From positions 768,001-832,000 of the forward strand of contig OZ245056.1 of assembly GCA_965224705.1 (NCBI GenBank): DNA of 64,000 bases, read 5' to 3'. The translations under genes and the position numbers were made by a program. This DNA comes from Spirochaetaceae bacterium (GTDB lineage: Bacteria; Spirochaetota; Spirochaetia; DSM-2461). The notes beneath the pieces were generated by a model, which made no database searches, was not told the origin of the DNA, and saw only the letters and a list, made by a program, of their open reading frames with translations. Shown here piece after piece: positions 1 to 9,179 of this stretch (positions within the stretch are counted from its first letter, which is position 1; every line of letters begins with the position of its first letter).

Positions 1-668
1 CTCGAGTAATAAAGATTCAAGACATCATTTTCTGGAGTCGTTACAAACAACCAAAACTTATCGTTATGCCGAAATATTGAAGGATCCACATAACGATACC
101 CGGTCAATAGATTTCCGACATACTCCCATTTTTCTGGAAACGTTACTGCTTTGTATAGTCTTACTGATAAGTCCTGATGGCTTTCTGGGATTAGATAATA
201 ACTATCATCCCACTCGAAAACATATGGATATGACAAATGGAAGGTTTCATCAATGACGATCTTTCTGTATTCCCATTCCTTCCCATCTGTGCTTTCTGCA
301 TAGCCAATATCACCTTGATTGGTTTTACGGTTCAACACTTCAAAAAACATAGTGTATTTTCCATTTTCAATAAGCATGAACGGATCCGCAACAAAACTGG
401 CTCTTACATCTACAACATCTTTCCCTGTTAGAACTGGATTTGAAATGTTTTCCGGGCTGGCCAGATCAAATGGAGTGAAACCTTCATATATGCCAATGGA
501 CCAGGGACCGTAGGCCCTGCCCTGACCTGATTTATGAGTTAGTTTATGGTATACTGTTTTGATAATTCCATATGGAAATATTTCATTTTTATGAATAGCA
601 ATTCCATAAACTATACCTACAGTTAATGTCATCATCAATAAGACTGAATTAATCAGATATCTTTTCAT
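1..668 (-). CDS. Membrane-anchored beta-propeller protein, GINT1 N-terminal/GH43-like domain (3' end runs off the window)
   Basis: Not in the ORF track. Manual translation from ATG 668 gives MKRYLINSVLLMMTLTVGIVYG...WSIGIY...FVADPF...MFFEV...HLSYPYVF...YLIPES...YVDPSIF. The ADPF/HLSYP/IPES/VDP motifs are typical of this family in glycan clusters. Confidence 0.7.
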   Translation of the reverse strand, partial: MKRYLINSVLLMMTLTVGIVYGIAIHKNEIFPYGIIKTVYHKLTHKSGQGRAYGPWSIGIYEGFTPFDLASPENISNPVLTGKDVVDVRASFVADPFMLIENGKYTMFFEVLNRKTNQGDIGYAESTDGKEWEYRKIVIDETFHLSYPYVFEWDDSYYLIPESHQDLSVRLYKAVTFPEKWEYVGNLLTGYRYVDPSIFRHNDKFWLFVTTPENDVLNLYYS

Positions 669-686
669 ATTCTTTCTTAAACCCTG

Positions 687-713
687 ACCAGGTTACAACA
701 AGCTTCCTGACAC
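687..713 (-). repeat. Solo terminal repeat of the GAGTGTCAGAAAGCTTGTT element family
   Basis: Reverse complement GTGTCAGGAAGCTTGTTGTAACCTGGT is 25/27 identical to 24776-24802 and matches the IRs at 41786 and 45933. Confidence 0.7.
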
Positions 714-720
714 TTCAGAT

Positions 721-1911
721 CTATTTCTCAGAGGTACTCCTGAGAATATCTTTGAATAACGTTACCCATTTTTCCAGTACGATATCCTGACTGAACTTCT
801 TGCAGCTTTGAATGCCGTTAGCGGCCATCTTCCGCCTCATGGCCGGATTATCAATCAGCATCCGAATTTTTTCTTCATATGTATTCACATCACCATCCGG
901 CGAGATAACGCCATCGACACCATTCTCAATGACATCATGAACAGAGGCAAAGCTGTCCATCACGATGGGAACGCATCCGAATTGTTGAGCCTCGGTAAGA
1001 GTCATCCCCATGCCTTCGTACGCGGATGTCATCAGAAAAATCGAAGCTTCCCTATAGTATTTCTCAGGATTCGGTTGATGGGACAGAAAGACAATCCGTT
1101 CATTGCCCAAACGGGATGACAGTCTTTGATAAGGAACCATGCTCCTGCCGGTTCCGGCAATTTTCAACTCCCAGTCGGGATAATCCCGATGGAGTCTCGA
1201 CCAGATTTTGATTACATAGGATAATCGTTTTTGATACTCATCCAATCTTGAGACAACCAGCAACACTTTCTTCTTGTTCTCGACATCCTTCTGACTCGCA
1301 TAAGAAGGAAATGACAGTCCATTTGTAATTGCTTTGAGTTTTGAAGTATCTTTGATGCGATACTCATTTTTATAATCTTCATAAAACCTTTCCGAAAGCA
1401 AAACCATACAGTCGGATTTATTGTATGCTGCCCGCAGTTTGTACATTATCCGGCGTGTGTAGATCATGTAGCTCAATGGATAGACCAGAAGCAGAAACAG
1501 GGCTCGAATTCTCTTCACCTTAACAGGATTGTACAGAATAGATTCAAGTATTTTCTGGAACAGTCTGATCTTTTCATAGCCTGGTTTAGTGTGGAAGGCA
1601 CTGATGACTCGACAGGGCGTACCCTGTACGGCCCGGGAAGCAGTAACGCTCAATGCATAACCTTCCGGCACGAGGAGAATATCAATGTCCTTGTTTAGAA
1701 TGAATTGATTTATCGCCCGAACAGATAAGCCGATTTCCGGCAGTTGATTAATCCGATTATCAGCACCGGATGTGATGCGGAAAGTGGTATAGCAGCGAAA
1801 CTCACCCGTTTTAACCAGGTAATTAAGAAGCTGCACCAGAGTTCGTGAACCTCCGGCATCGTCGATGGCCATATCCCGAGTATACAGCGTAAGTATTTCA
1901 ATCTTCTTCAA
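721..1911 (-). CDS. Glycosyltransferase family 4 (GT-B)
   Basis: VSRL...QKR, MTSAYEGMGMTLTEAQQFG (EX7E) and GVDGVI motifs. Confidence 0.9.
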   Translation of the reverse strand: MKKIEILTLYTRDMAIDDAGGSRTLVQLLNYLVKTGEFRCYTTFRITSGADNRINQLPEIGLSVRAINQFILNKDIDILLVPEGYALSVTASRAVQGTPCRVISAFHTKPGYEKIRLFQKILESILYNPVKVKRIRALFLLLVYPLSYMIYTRRIMYKLRAAYNKSDCMVLLSERFYEDYKNEYRIKDTSKLKAITNGLSFPSYASQKDVENKKKVLLVVSRLDEYQKRLSYVIKIWSRLHRDYPDWELKIAGTGRSMVPYQRLSSRLGNERIVFLSHQPNPEKYYREASIFLMTSAYEGMGMTLTEAQQFGCVPIVMDSFASVHDVIENGVDGVISPDGDVNTYEEKIRMLIDNPAMRRKMAANGIQSCKKFSQDIVLEKWVTLFKDILRSTSEK

Positions 1912-1950
1912 TTATGTCATCCTGAAAATGAGATTTTATCCTTAGATCCG

Positions 1951-2718
1951 CTACAAAGTAAACCCATCATCAACCACGAGATTCTGCCCATTGATGTAGT
2001 GACTGTTATCCGACAGGAGAAACGCCAATGTGCCTGTTAAGTCAGTGGGATCCAGCATCCCCTTTTGCAGGCATTCATCCCGATAGGCTTCAATGAAACT
2101 TGCAGGTTGATTATCGCGGATCCCGCCTGGGCTCAGGCAGTTCACTCTGATGTTCTTTCCGGCAAGGAATCTGGCCATGTATCGGCAAAGATGAATAACA
2201 CCAGATTTTATTACCGAATACTCTACCGGCATCGTCATTTCCGTATCCGTATAGATTCCAAAACGGGGGGCCGCGACACCGTATATAGATCCGATCATAA
2301 CAATGTTTCCGTGCCCCTGTTCAATGAAGAAACGGGAGAACTCCTGCGCGGTATTGAAATATCCGCCCAGATGCCGGGATACATTGTCGTTGAAGTCCTC
2401 AAGTTTCACATCGAAAAACTTTCGGCCAAAAGCCGCATTCCGAGGATACGCGCTGCTTACCACACCGTCGATTTTCCCGCAGATTTTTTGAATTTCATTT
2501 ATGGTGAAGCGGATCGACTTCGCCGAAGTAATATCCATCGGCAGAAAAAGAACTTCGTTTTCACTTCCCCCCGACAGCTCCGAAGCCGTCAGGCGCCCTC
2601 TCTCCTCGTCCAGGTCTGTAATGACAGCCCGTCCTCCGTGGAGAATCACACTCCGAGCGAACTCCTTACCTAACAAACCGGCACCGCCGGTGATAACAAC
2701 GACTTTGTCATCAAGCAT
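1951..2718 (-). CDS. SDR oxidoreductase, PtmA-like (nonulosonate pathway)
   Basis: TGGAGLLG, GSIYG, YSVIK (YxxxK) and NCLSPGG motifs; adjacent to a cytidylyltransferase. Confidence 0.85.
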   Translation of the reverse strand: MLDDKVVVITGGAGLLGKEFARSVILHGGRAVITDLDEERGRLTASELSGGSENEVLFLPMDITSAKSIRFTINEIQKICGKIDGVVSSAYPRNAAFGRKFFDVKLEDFNDNVSRHLGGYFNTAQEFSRFFIEQGHGNIVMIGSIYGVAAPRFGIYTDTEMTMPVEYSVIKSGVIHLCRYMARFLAGKNIRVNCLSPGGIRDNQPASFIEAYRDECLQKGMLDPTDLTGTLAFLLSDNSHYINGQNLVVDDGFTL

Positions 2719-3415
2719 TATCCATCTCCTCTCTCATGAGCAATTCAACTATACGAAAATCTAATGGAGAATCGATGTCAAATGACCGTTCCCTGGGCAT
2801 AACATGAAGTTGGGTTCCCGGCAGGAAAATCTCAGATTCATTCAGCAGTGATTCCCTGGTCCAGGCGTAGATTGAAGCGTTCATATCGAAGCAGGGAGGT
2901 GATTCCTGCCGCCGTGTTAACATCCGCCCCATGGATTTTGAAGGTGCCCAATGCCCTGCGGCATTCTTCTCGATGAGATTGAAATATGGTGATCGATGGG
3001 AGGGTGCTGCTGTAATGACATTGCTGCAATTCCCCGATTGGATCAGGTCGGCACAGGTTTGAATATCGGTGATGGATCGTAGAGGCGATGTGGCATCCAG
3101 ATCGACTATATACTCGTATCGGCAGCCGTAGTGTTTTTCTGCTTCCAGGAATGCGTGGCGGATTACCGGAAGCTTCGGAGAACTGTCTTCTGCAAGTTCC
3201 CCGGGACGCCGGAAGAAAACCTCCCCTCCGTATTGACGTGAGATCTCCGATATTTCGTCTGAGTCCGTGCTTATAACAACATGTTCAAAGAGTTCGGAAT
3301 CCAGAGCCTGTCTGATGCTGTGGACAATCAGAGGATATCCGGCAATCATGCGGGAATTCTTGCTTTGAACACCTTTGGACCCGCCGCGGGCACAGATCGT
3401 GCATATAATTTTCAC
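2711..3415 (-). CDS. Acylneuraminate/nonulosonate cytidylyltransferase (NeuA/PtmB-like)
   Basis: CARGGSKGVQSKN, STDS, DATSPLR, RRQ and DIDSPLDF motifs. Confidence 0.92.
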   Translation of the reverse strand: MKIICTICARGGSKGVQSKNSRMIAGYPLIVHSIRQALDSELFEHVVISTDSDEISEISRQYGGEVFFRRPGELAEDSSPKLPVIRHAFLEAEKHYGCRYEYIVDLDATSPLRSITDIQTCADLIQSGNCSNVITAAPSHRSPYFNLIEKNAAGHWAPSKSMGRMLTRRQESPPCFDMNASIYAWTRESLLNESEIFLPGTQLHVMPRERSFDIDSPLDFRIVELLMREEMDNA

Positions 3416-4365
3416 CGTGCATCACCATTGTTGTCAGCCATATTCATTTCCGCCACCCGTAAAACCTTCATAGCCTGGGTAATTGTATTCAAATTTTCGC
3501 CTCCAGACAGCACCATCCGGAGAAAAGCCTTCATTTCCCGAAGGTACATGGTATTGCTGTCCTCGTTCAGGATGATTGCCGGAGATGAATCAGAAAATCG
3601 AATCGAATGCCCGATGAAATCGGCGGTGATGAGTCGATCCGGTGTTATGATTTCAAGTTTTCGACATGGACTGCGGCCAAAGTAGTCCAGATGAATTTCC
3701 AGAAAAGTGTCATTACTCCGGGCAATGTAAAGCGCGATATCGTTGGATTGTATTTCTAAATCTGACACTTTCCCGCCAAGTTTACAGCACTCTGAAGGGA
3801 ACCCGAAGAGGTCAATTATATAATCCCATTCGTGAATGAGATCAAGATGCACACCACCGCCGCAGCACGCCGACGCACTGTATGATTGCCGGTAATCAGT
3901 AGGTCTCCAATCCGGCAGGTAACTGGATGAAATCGCCCGAGCACTTAGAACCCGTTCCGAGGTGACCATGGATTTGATCTTCCGATACACACCTGTAAAA
4001 CGAAGAGGTGCTGCAACGTAAATCTCGGAGGAAGGAGGAATGTTGAGGGAGGCCATGTCGACATTTGAATGATGGAAAACCGGTTTTTCAACGAAAATGT
4101 GCTGACTGAGACTTACAACTTCACGGAGCGTTTCCTCGTGGAGGTGAGTTGGATTTGTTATAAATACGGCATCATAGAAGCGGTCAAGATCCGAGAATTG
4201 ATGAACGACTCGTTTTAAAGAAGGAAATGAACTGGAAATATCCGAGTTATATCCGGTCCTTAGCGCATGAACCACCGGTTCAATCCCAAGTTCTTCCGCA
4301 ATCGCCTGAAAATCAGTCATGTGGCGGAGACCAATCGATCCAAGACCAATGAAGCATACTTTCAT
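3412..4365 (-). CDS. Gfo/Idh/MocA oxidoreductase (PtmF-like)
   Basis: MKVCFIGLGSIGLRH, EKP, YLPDWRP and DLIHEWDY. Start moved to ATG 4365, which forms an ATGA overlap with the upstream stop. Confidence 0.85.
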   Translation of the reverse strand: MKVCFIGLGSIGLRHMTDFQAIAEELGIEPVVHALRTGYNSDISSSFPSLKRVVHQFSDLDRFYDAVFITNPTHLHEETLREVVSLSQHIFVEKPVFHHSNVDMASLNIPPSSEIYVAAPLRFTGVYRKIKSMVTSERVLSARAISSSYLPDWRPTDYRQSYSASACCGGGVHLDLIHEWDYIIDLFGFPSECCKLGGKVSDLEIQSNDIALYIARSNDTFLEIHLDYFGRSPCRKLEIITPDRLITADFIGHSIRFSDSSPAIILNEDSNTMYLREMKAFLRMVLSGGENLNTITQAMKVLRVAEMNMADNNGDAR

Positions 4366-5354
4366 AACGCTTGAATTGAGTTCCGTTTCAATGCCGGTAA
4401 GATAACTTCTTCGTATGAGATAACATGGGAAAATGTCTTGTACCAGGCGGAATGAATACCGACAATCTTCAAAAAGATTGCTGTGGACCTGGTTCCGATG
4501 AGTTCGGCTTCCAGCAAAGCTGTCGAAAAGAAACTGTAGGCGAATTGACATTTTGGTATGCGCGATTCCTCAAAGAACCGGGCATTGGCCGGGAGTTTTA
4601 TACCGGATTTTGAATGTGTTGACCTCGGATGATCCTTGATCAGTAATTCGGAATACTCGCCAGCCAGATAGTTCACAACGTTCTGGAAGATTCTTAATTC
4701 GGTTTCTGGACGGCACAAACCGATATGCGCAAGCGGCTGCAGGAAGAATACCGCCTCAGCTTCAATCATACCGGACTCCGATACCCCTGTGTATTCAGGT
4801 TTCAGAAATCCCATATCGACGATGACTCTGTCTTCTGACCATCCCCGATGTTTAATCAGGTACTCCCGATACGGTTTGCTGTAGACATAGTAGCAGTCCG
4901 TTTTAATCCCCCCGAAGCCATGTCCGATGATTTTTATCCCCAGCAGAAAACTGGAACAGGTATTGATGAACCACACAATGAATGCCCGTATCGGCCGACT
5001 CCTCAAATAGAACAAACCATGCTGCAGGGATATGCAGGTGACTTCGGGTAAACGTTTCCTGAGTATGGGAATGGCATTGGCACTGATGTATCCCTCCGAT
5101 GTCGCAAAGTAGACAGATTTCCATCCATTTCTTTCAATATGCTCAATGAGTTCCAGGGTTTTTTCCCTGACTCGCTGCCGGGATTGGATTCGGCAGACCA
5201 GAGTCGATACAGGCCCGCCGCTGTAGTTGGGAAGTGAGTAACTGAATACTGGAAGTTTATGCTGCTGTATAAATCCAGAGTAGTTTTCTGTCATACTATC
5301 GTCGAATGTGACGAATAATCCGAATTCCAGTGGTTTTCCCTCCACATTCATCAT
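4362..5354 (-). CDS. Putative GT-B nonulosonic acid (sialyl-type) transferase
   Basis: SLQHG, FFLQP, KDHPR (HP motif) and FSTALLEA; translationally coupled to the NulO activation genes. Confidence 0.5.
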   Translation of the reverse strand: MMNVEGKPLEFGLFVTFDDSMTENYSGFIQQHKLPVFSYSLPNYSGGPVSTLVCRIQSRQRVREKTLELIEHIERNGWKSVYFATSEGYISANAIPILRKRLPEVTCISLQHGLFYLRSRPIRAFIVWFINTCSSFLLGIKIIGHGFGGIKTDCYYVYSKPYREYLIKHRGWSEDRVIVDMGFLKPEYTGVSESGMIEAEAVFFLQPLAHIGLCRPETELRIFQNVVNYLAGEYSELLIKDHPRSTHSKSGIKLPANARFFEESRIPKCQFAYSFFSTALLEAELIGTRSTAIFLKIVGIHSAWYKTFSHVISYEEVILPALKRNSIQAL

Positions 5355-5581
5355 TGCCGTCAGTATATTGAATCTCGTTCCCGCTGTGTAGATGATTATC
5401 GGATTATACTCAGCAGAGCCTGGGCCTGGGGTTGTGTACGAATCGATAGGGCCGTAGTTTATATCACAGAGGTCCTCTGAGAAACAGCATCTGGAAGTCG
5501 ACGAAGGGATCGGGTAAAAAATCCTGGAGTCTGTTCAGAGGTGCCCCATACTGATTTCCGAGCGGGGCTGGCGATTACTGC

Positions 5582-7012
5582 ATGAAAAGAGACGAAATCC
5601 TAAATACAGTTGTTTCATACACTGGCGCTGCGATCAGCTTCTTTATAGTCTTTCTCCGGGCACGAGTGTTCTCACCGGCCGAGGTGGGTGTTTTCAGCTA
5701 TGTCTTAAGCGTGGGCATCATCGTCAGCAATTTCCTCAATCTGGGTATACCGCGGATCGTACTTCGCTACTATCCTTCGGAGCAGAAAAAACCGCTGCTC
5801 AGGTTCATACTGATCTTTCAAATCCTCGTCTATTTCTTCGCCATTACAGTTTTTTTTACAACCGGAATGTCCAGATACATCCAGAATCCCATTCTGGTCT
5901 CCGTTATTGCCGTCCTTATCTCAATCGCCAGCATACTTGATGCCGCCGCAATGGCCACCGGTCAATCAGTTCATACGAATATCTATCAGAAGATCATTTC
6001 CAATTCTCTCGACATCGCTGTTCTCTACGTTCTTTCAGTTATGAGTGTCGGCGTAGAGTTATACATCCTCCTGTTTGCTTTTACCAAAATCATCCTCATA
6101 GTATTGATGACCATCCGACTTCGTCCGGAGATATTCAAACGAAGAATACAAAAAATTACGGCCGCAGACTTGCAGGAGTATTTGAGATTCGGGTTCTTCG
6201 TTATGCTGAATGCCACCTCAGCCGTTCTGATCGTGACTCTTGACAAAGTAATGATACGCTATTTTGTTGGTTTCACCGGAGTTGGTCTGTATACGATTTC
6301 AGCGGCAGTGGCCTCGGCAATCGCGTTGATTAACTCCATTCTCGCGCGAACATCGACATCCATCGTTTCATCATACCTGCATGAATCCCGGTACTATGAA
6401 CTCAAGGTGTTGTACCAGGAGAATGTAGGAAAACAGTTATACCTTGGAAGTTTCCTGTTTGTATTCATCGTTATTTTCTCGAAGGAGATTCTCGGCTTCA
6501 TGGGGGAGGAGTACCTGGCTGGAAGACAGGTTCTCCTGATACTTCTTGTCGGGCAGTTCGCCTTACTCTTCAGCGGACTTGGATCCACTATACTATCCTT
6601 ATCAAAGCATTATCGTATAGAAGCAGCGATGAACGGTGGACTGCTCGTCCTGAGCATTCTAACAAATTTGATTTTTATTCCATGGATGAAAATTGAAGGG
6701 GCAGCACTGGCGACAGGCATCAGCCTAACCACTGTCAATGCAGTGAAAATTCTTATCGTTAGGAAGCATTTTCAGATACATCCGTACCGTGTCAAACAAC
6801 TCAGATACCCATCCATTGCTGCTTTGCTGGGGTGCGGTCTATATTTTGTCAATCACCTTGTTCATTCAGACCATATTATTGTTCTGGTATTGACCTTCCC
6901 CATCGCCCTGCTGCTGTACGATGTATTGCTCATTGTTACAGGGGACTTTAATACAATGACCAGTCAGTTTTATAGATACCTCAACCGATTGTTCAGCCGA
7001 AGCAGCCGCTAG
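5582..7012 (+). CDS. Wzx-like oligosaccharide flippase (MOP superfamily)
   Basis: Many TM segments; GVFSY, DKVMI..F.G..GVGLY and N.I.IP....GAALAT patterns. Confidence 0.88.
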   Translation: MKRDEILNTVVSYTGAAISFFIVFLRARVFSPAEVGVFSYVLSVGIIVSNFLNLGIPRIVLRYYPSEQKKPLLRFILIFQILVYFFAITVFFTTGMSRYIQNPILVSVIAVLISIASILDAAAMATGQSVHTNIYQKIISNSLDIAVLYVLSVMSVGVELYILLFAFTKIILIVLMTIRLRPEIFKRRIQKITAADLQEYLRFGFFVMLNATSAVLIVTLDKVMIRYFVGFTGVGLYTISAAVASAIALINSILARTSTSIVSSYLHESRYYELKVLYQENVGKQLYLGSFLFVFIVIFSKEILGFMGEEYLAGRQVLLILLVGQFALLFSGLGSTILSLSKHYRIEAAMNGGLLVLSILTNLIFIPWMKIEGAALATGISLTTVNAVKILIVRKHFQIHPYRVKQLRYPSIAALLGCGLYFVNHLVHSDHIIVLVLTFPIALLLYDVLLIVTGDFNTMTSQFYRYLNRLFSRSSR

Positions 7013-7024
7013 GCTTCTCGAAAA

Positions 7025-7067
7025 CTGTCTGAATTTATTCTGTGGACTTGAGGATTTACCTCTGGGC
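7025..7067 (+). repeat. 43 bp direct repeat, copy A (partner at 8552-8594)
   Basis: 37/43 identity to 8552-8594 by manual alignment. Confidence 0.75.
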
Positions 7068-7081
7068 TGTCAGTATTGGAT

Positions 7082-7353
7082 GGCTCCTCCACAATCCCAG
7101 AAATTGAACAGTTTGCACGCCTCTTTGGAACAACTTCAACAAGCAGTGTACCAGAGGCTCCATCCACAAACCGTACTTTTTCGTACACGAACCCCGTGAA
7201 GTGATAGGCCTTGTTCAGTAATGCTTTGATTGGCACAGAATTCCCTCTGTTAGCTTTGTTTTGAGAGATATAGTTTAACAGATTTCGGTGCTTTTTGTTT
7301 TCTCTTATTTTGTCTCGAAGCTTTAGATCACCCACACATTCTTACAGGGATCC
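7082..7353 (-). pseudogene. ISL3-family relic: left end plus transposase N-terminal fragment
   Basis: The minus strand starts GGATCCCTGTAAGAATGTGTGGGTG (ISL3-like end). The fragment PIKALLNKAYHFTGFVYEKVRF...LLVEVVPKRRANCS resembles ISL3 transposase N-termini and breaks off at the zinc finger. Confidence 0.55.
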
Positions 7354-7365
7354 TGATTTTTTCTC

Positions 7366-7416
7366 TTGACTATTGATTCACCTACATGTATTGTATATAC
7401 ATCTATTGTATGTACA
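7366..7416 (+). promoter_or_regulatory. Sigma70-like promoter with two palindromic, probably MarR, operator sites
   Basis: TTGACT at 7366; TGTATATACA (7392-7401) and TGTATGTACA (7407-7416) lie just before the MarR start. Confidence 0.5.
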
Positions 7417-7419
7417 GGG

Positions 7420-7881
7420 ATGGCCGTGAGTATACAAACGGACTTGGGAACCGAAGATTTCAAAACGACTCAAATCAAAGCTGTTGTGAACATCATGTTC
7501 ACTGGTTACTGGCTAACCAGCAAGATCAATCGAACACTCGACTCCTGTGGACTCACGGAACCTCAGTACAATGTTCTCGCTATTGTCTATGCCGCGAGAG
7601 GCGGCCCTGTCAGCCTTACCTTCATCAAGGAAAGAATGATTCAGAGGGAGAGCAATGTCTCTCGCATCGTCGACAGGCTTGTAGACCGTGAGTGGATAAC
7701 CAGAAACAACTGCCCCAAAAATCGCCGAAAGGTAGACATCGCCATGACTGTCAGCGGCCGCCGGACCTTCCAACACGCCAGGTTAGTGGTGACATCCTTT
7801 CACCGCGATCTGGAGAACCGCCTATCGGACATGGAGTTGGAGCAGCTTTCGGACTACCTCGACAAGCTGCGGATGGAGTAG
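7420..7881 (+). CDS. MarR family transcriptional regulator
   Basis: LTEPQYNVL, SNVSRIVDRLV and NRRKVDIAMT winged HTH; ATG at 7420. Confidence 0.9.
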   Translation: MAVSIQTDLGTEDFKTTQIKAVVNIMFTGYWLTSKINRTLDSCGLTEPQYNVLAIVYAARGGPVSLTFIKERMIQRESNVSRIVDRLVDREWITRNNCPKNRRKVDIAMTVSGRRTFQHARLVVTSFHRDLENRLSDMELEQLSDYLDKLRME

Positions 7882-7970
7882 CGAAGCGTCCACTGTTATG
7901 AAAAATCTGTCTTTGGCTTTCAGGCCGCAGGCAAGTCAATATTGATTATATGATGACAAAGGAGTACATC

Positions 7971-8537
7971 ATGGCGAAGAAAGTATTAGTGATTCTGGGA
8001 ACAGTGAGAGAAGGCCGCGCCGGTAAGGCGGTGGCAGACTGGTTTATGACCTATACCAAAAAGTTCAAGGCTCACGCTGATTTCGAGCTTGTGGATCTGG
8101 CGGAGGTGAATCTGCCCTTCATGAACGAACCGGTTCCCCCGAGGATGGGCATGGAGCCGAAGCACGAGCACTCAAAGGCATGGGCCCGCCGCGTCTCATC
8201 GGCTGATGCATTCGTCTTCATTACACCCGAATACAATCACGGCCTCTCTCCCGTGCTTAAAAATGCCCTGGATTATTTGTTTCAGGAATGGAAGGGTAAA
8301 CCGGCCGCTTTGGTGGGCTATGGTGCGGAGGGGGCGTCACTATCAATGGCGCAGCTCCTCCCGGTGATGGAATATCTCGGTTTGAGGGTTCTGGAAACTC
8401 CGTTAGGTATAACAAAAATCTGGGAGGCCCTGGGTGAAGATGGAATGGTTAAGGATGAATCGGTGATCGGAGATCCTCACAAACTCATCGAAACACTGGT
8501 AACAGCAATAGCCGCCGACTCGACAAGTACCGGTTAA
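7971..8537 (+). CDS. NADPH-dependent FMN reductase
   Basis: GTVREGR, TPEYNHG and LKNALD motifs; GGAG RBS before ATG 7971. Confidence 0.92.
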   Translation: MAKKVLVILGTVREGRAGKAVADWFMTYTKKFKAHADFELVDLAEVNLPFMNEPVPPRMGMEPKHEHSKAWARRVSSADAFVFITPEYNHGLSPVLKNALDYLFQEWKGKPAALVGYGAEGASLSMAQLLPVMEYLGLRVLETPLGITKIWEALGEDGMVKDESVIGDPHKLIETLVTAIAADSTSTG

Positions 8538-8547
8538 CTCAGATAAG

Positions 8548-8607
8548 GAGCCTGTCTGACTTTATTCTGTGGACCTGAGCTTTTACCCCTGGACAGACCA
8601 CAGAATT
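8548..8607 (+). repeat. Direct repeat copy B; begins with a degenerate GAGTCTGTCGGACTTTA-type end
   Basis: GAGCCTGTCTGACTTTA has 2 mismatches to the 42942 MITE end; internal hairpin ATTCTGTGG...CCACAGAAT. Confidence 0.6.
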
Positions 8608-8637
8608 CTCTATATCCTATGGATCAGGAAAATCAGT

Positions 8638-8958
8638 ATGAATGCAAGGAAGGAAAATTGGAACTACTTCATTAAGAAGTATCCAAAAGCCCATAGAGCT
8701 TATGAAGAATTTGGTAAGGCTCTCAGCGAAGAATCCGGGCCATTGGATGCCCGATCCTGTGCCCTGATAAAAGTTGGTATTGCAGCGGCCTGTCAATACG
8801 ATTATGCCCTGCGGCGTCACATTGAGAAGGCCATAGAATCCGGCTGTACGGCCGGTGAAGTTGAGCAGGCCATCCTTCTTACCGCTACTACGGCCGGGTT
8901 TCCAAAGATGATGGCTGCCCTGATTATTATGAGGGAAGAACTGGAGATGTATCCTTAA
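8638..8958 (+). CDS. Carboxymuconolactone decarboxylase (AhpD/CMD) family protein
   Basis: GPLD...LIKVGIA, H...A...G....E and TTAGFP motifs; ATG at 8638. Confidence 0.85.
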   Translation: MNARKENWNYFIKKYPKAHRAYEEFGKALSEESGPLDARSCALIKVGIAAACQYDYALRRHIEKAIESGCTAGEVEQAILLTATTAGFPKMMAALIIMREELEMYP

Positions 8959-9179
8959 TTATCTCCGAACTGTCTGCATGACCGTACAGGAAGCAAAGAT
9001 GTTCCGGGCATTGTATCAATGGTTTTTATCACGGAATCAGATTGACGAATGAGGTAATGCTTTAACCATCCATTTTATCGAGAATGCATTCCATGATTTA
9101 ATCTGGACGAATGCAATTCAGACACTTGTAACCGTCTTCGCATTCCTTTTATTATCAATCAACACGTTGGAGGCTCTAG

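Noticed and set aside
4366..4551. N-terminal extension of ORF 3412..4551
   Set aside because: It overlaps the upstream gene; the Rossmann motif starts at ATG 4365 with an ATGA coupling.
7009..7335. 108 aa ORF as a functional gene
   Set aside because: It is a chimera of IS leader, a transposase fragment and repeat sequence, so it is treated as a relic.
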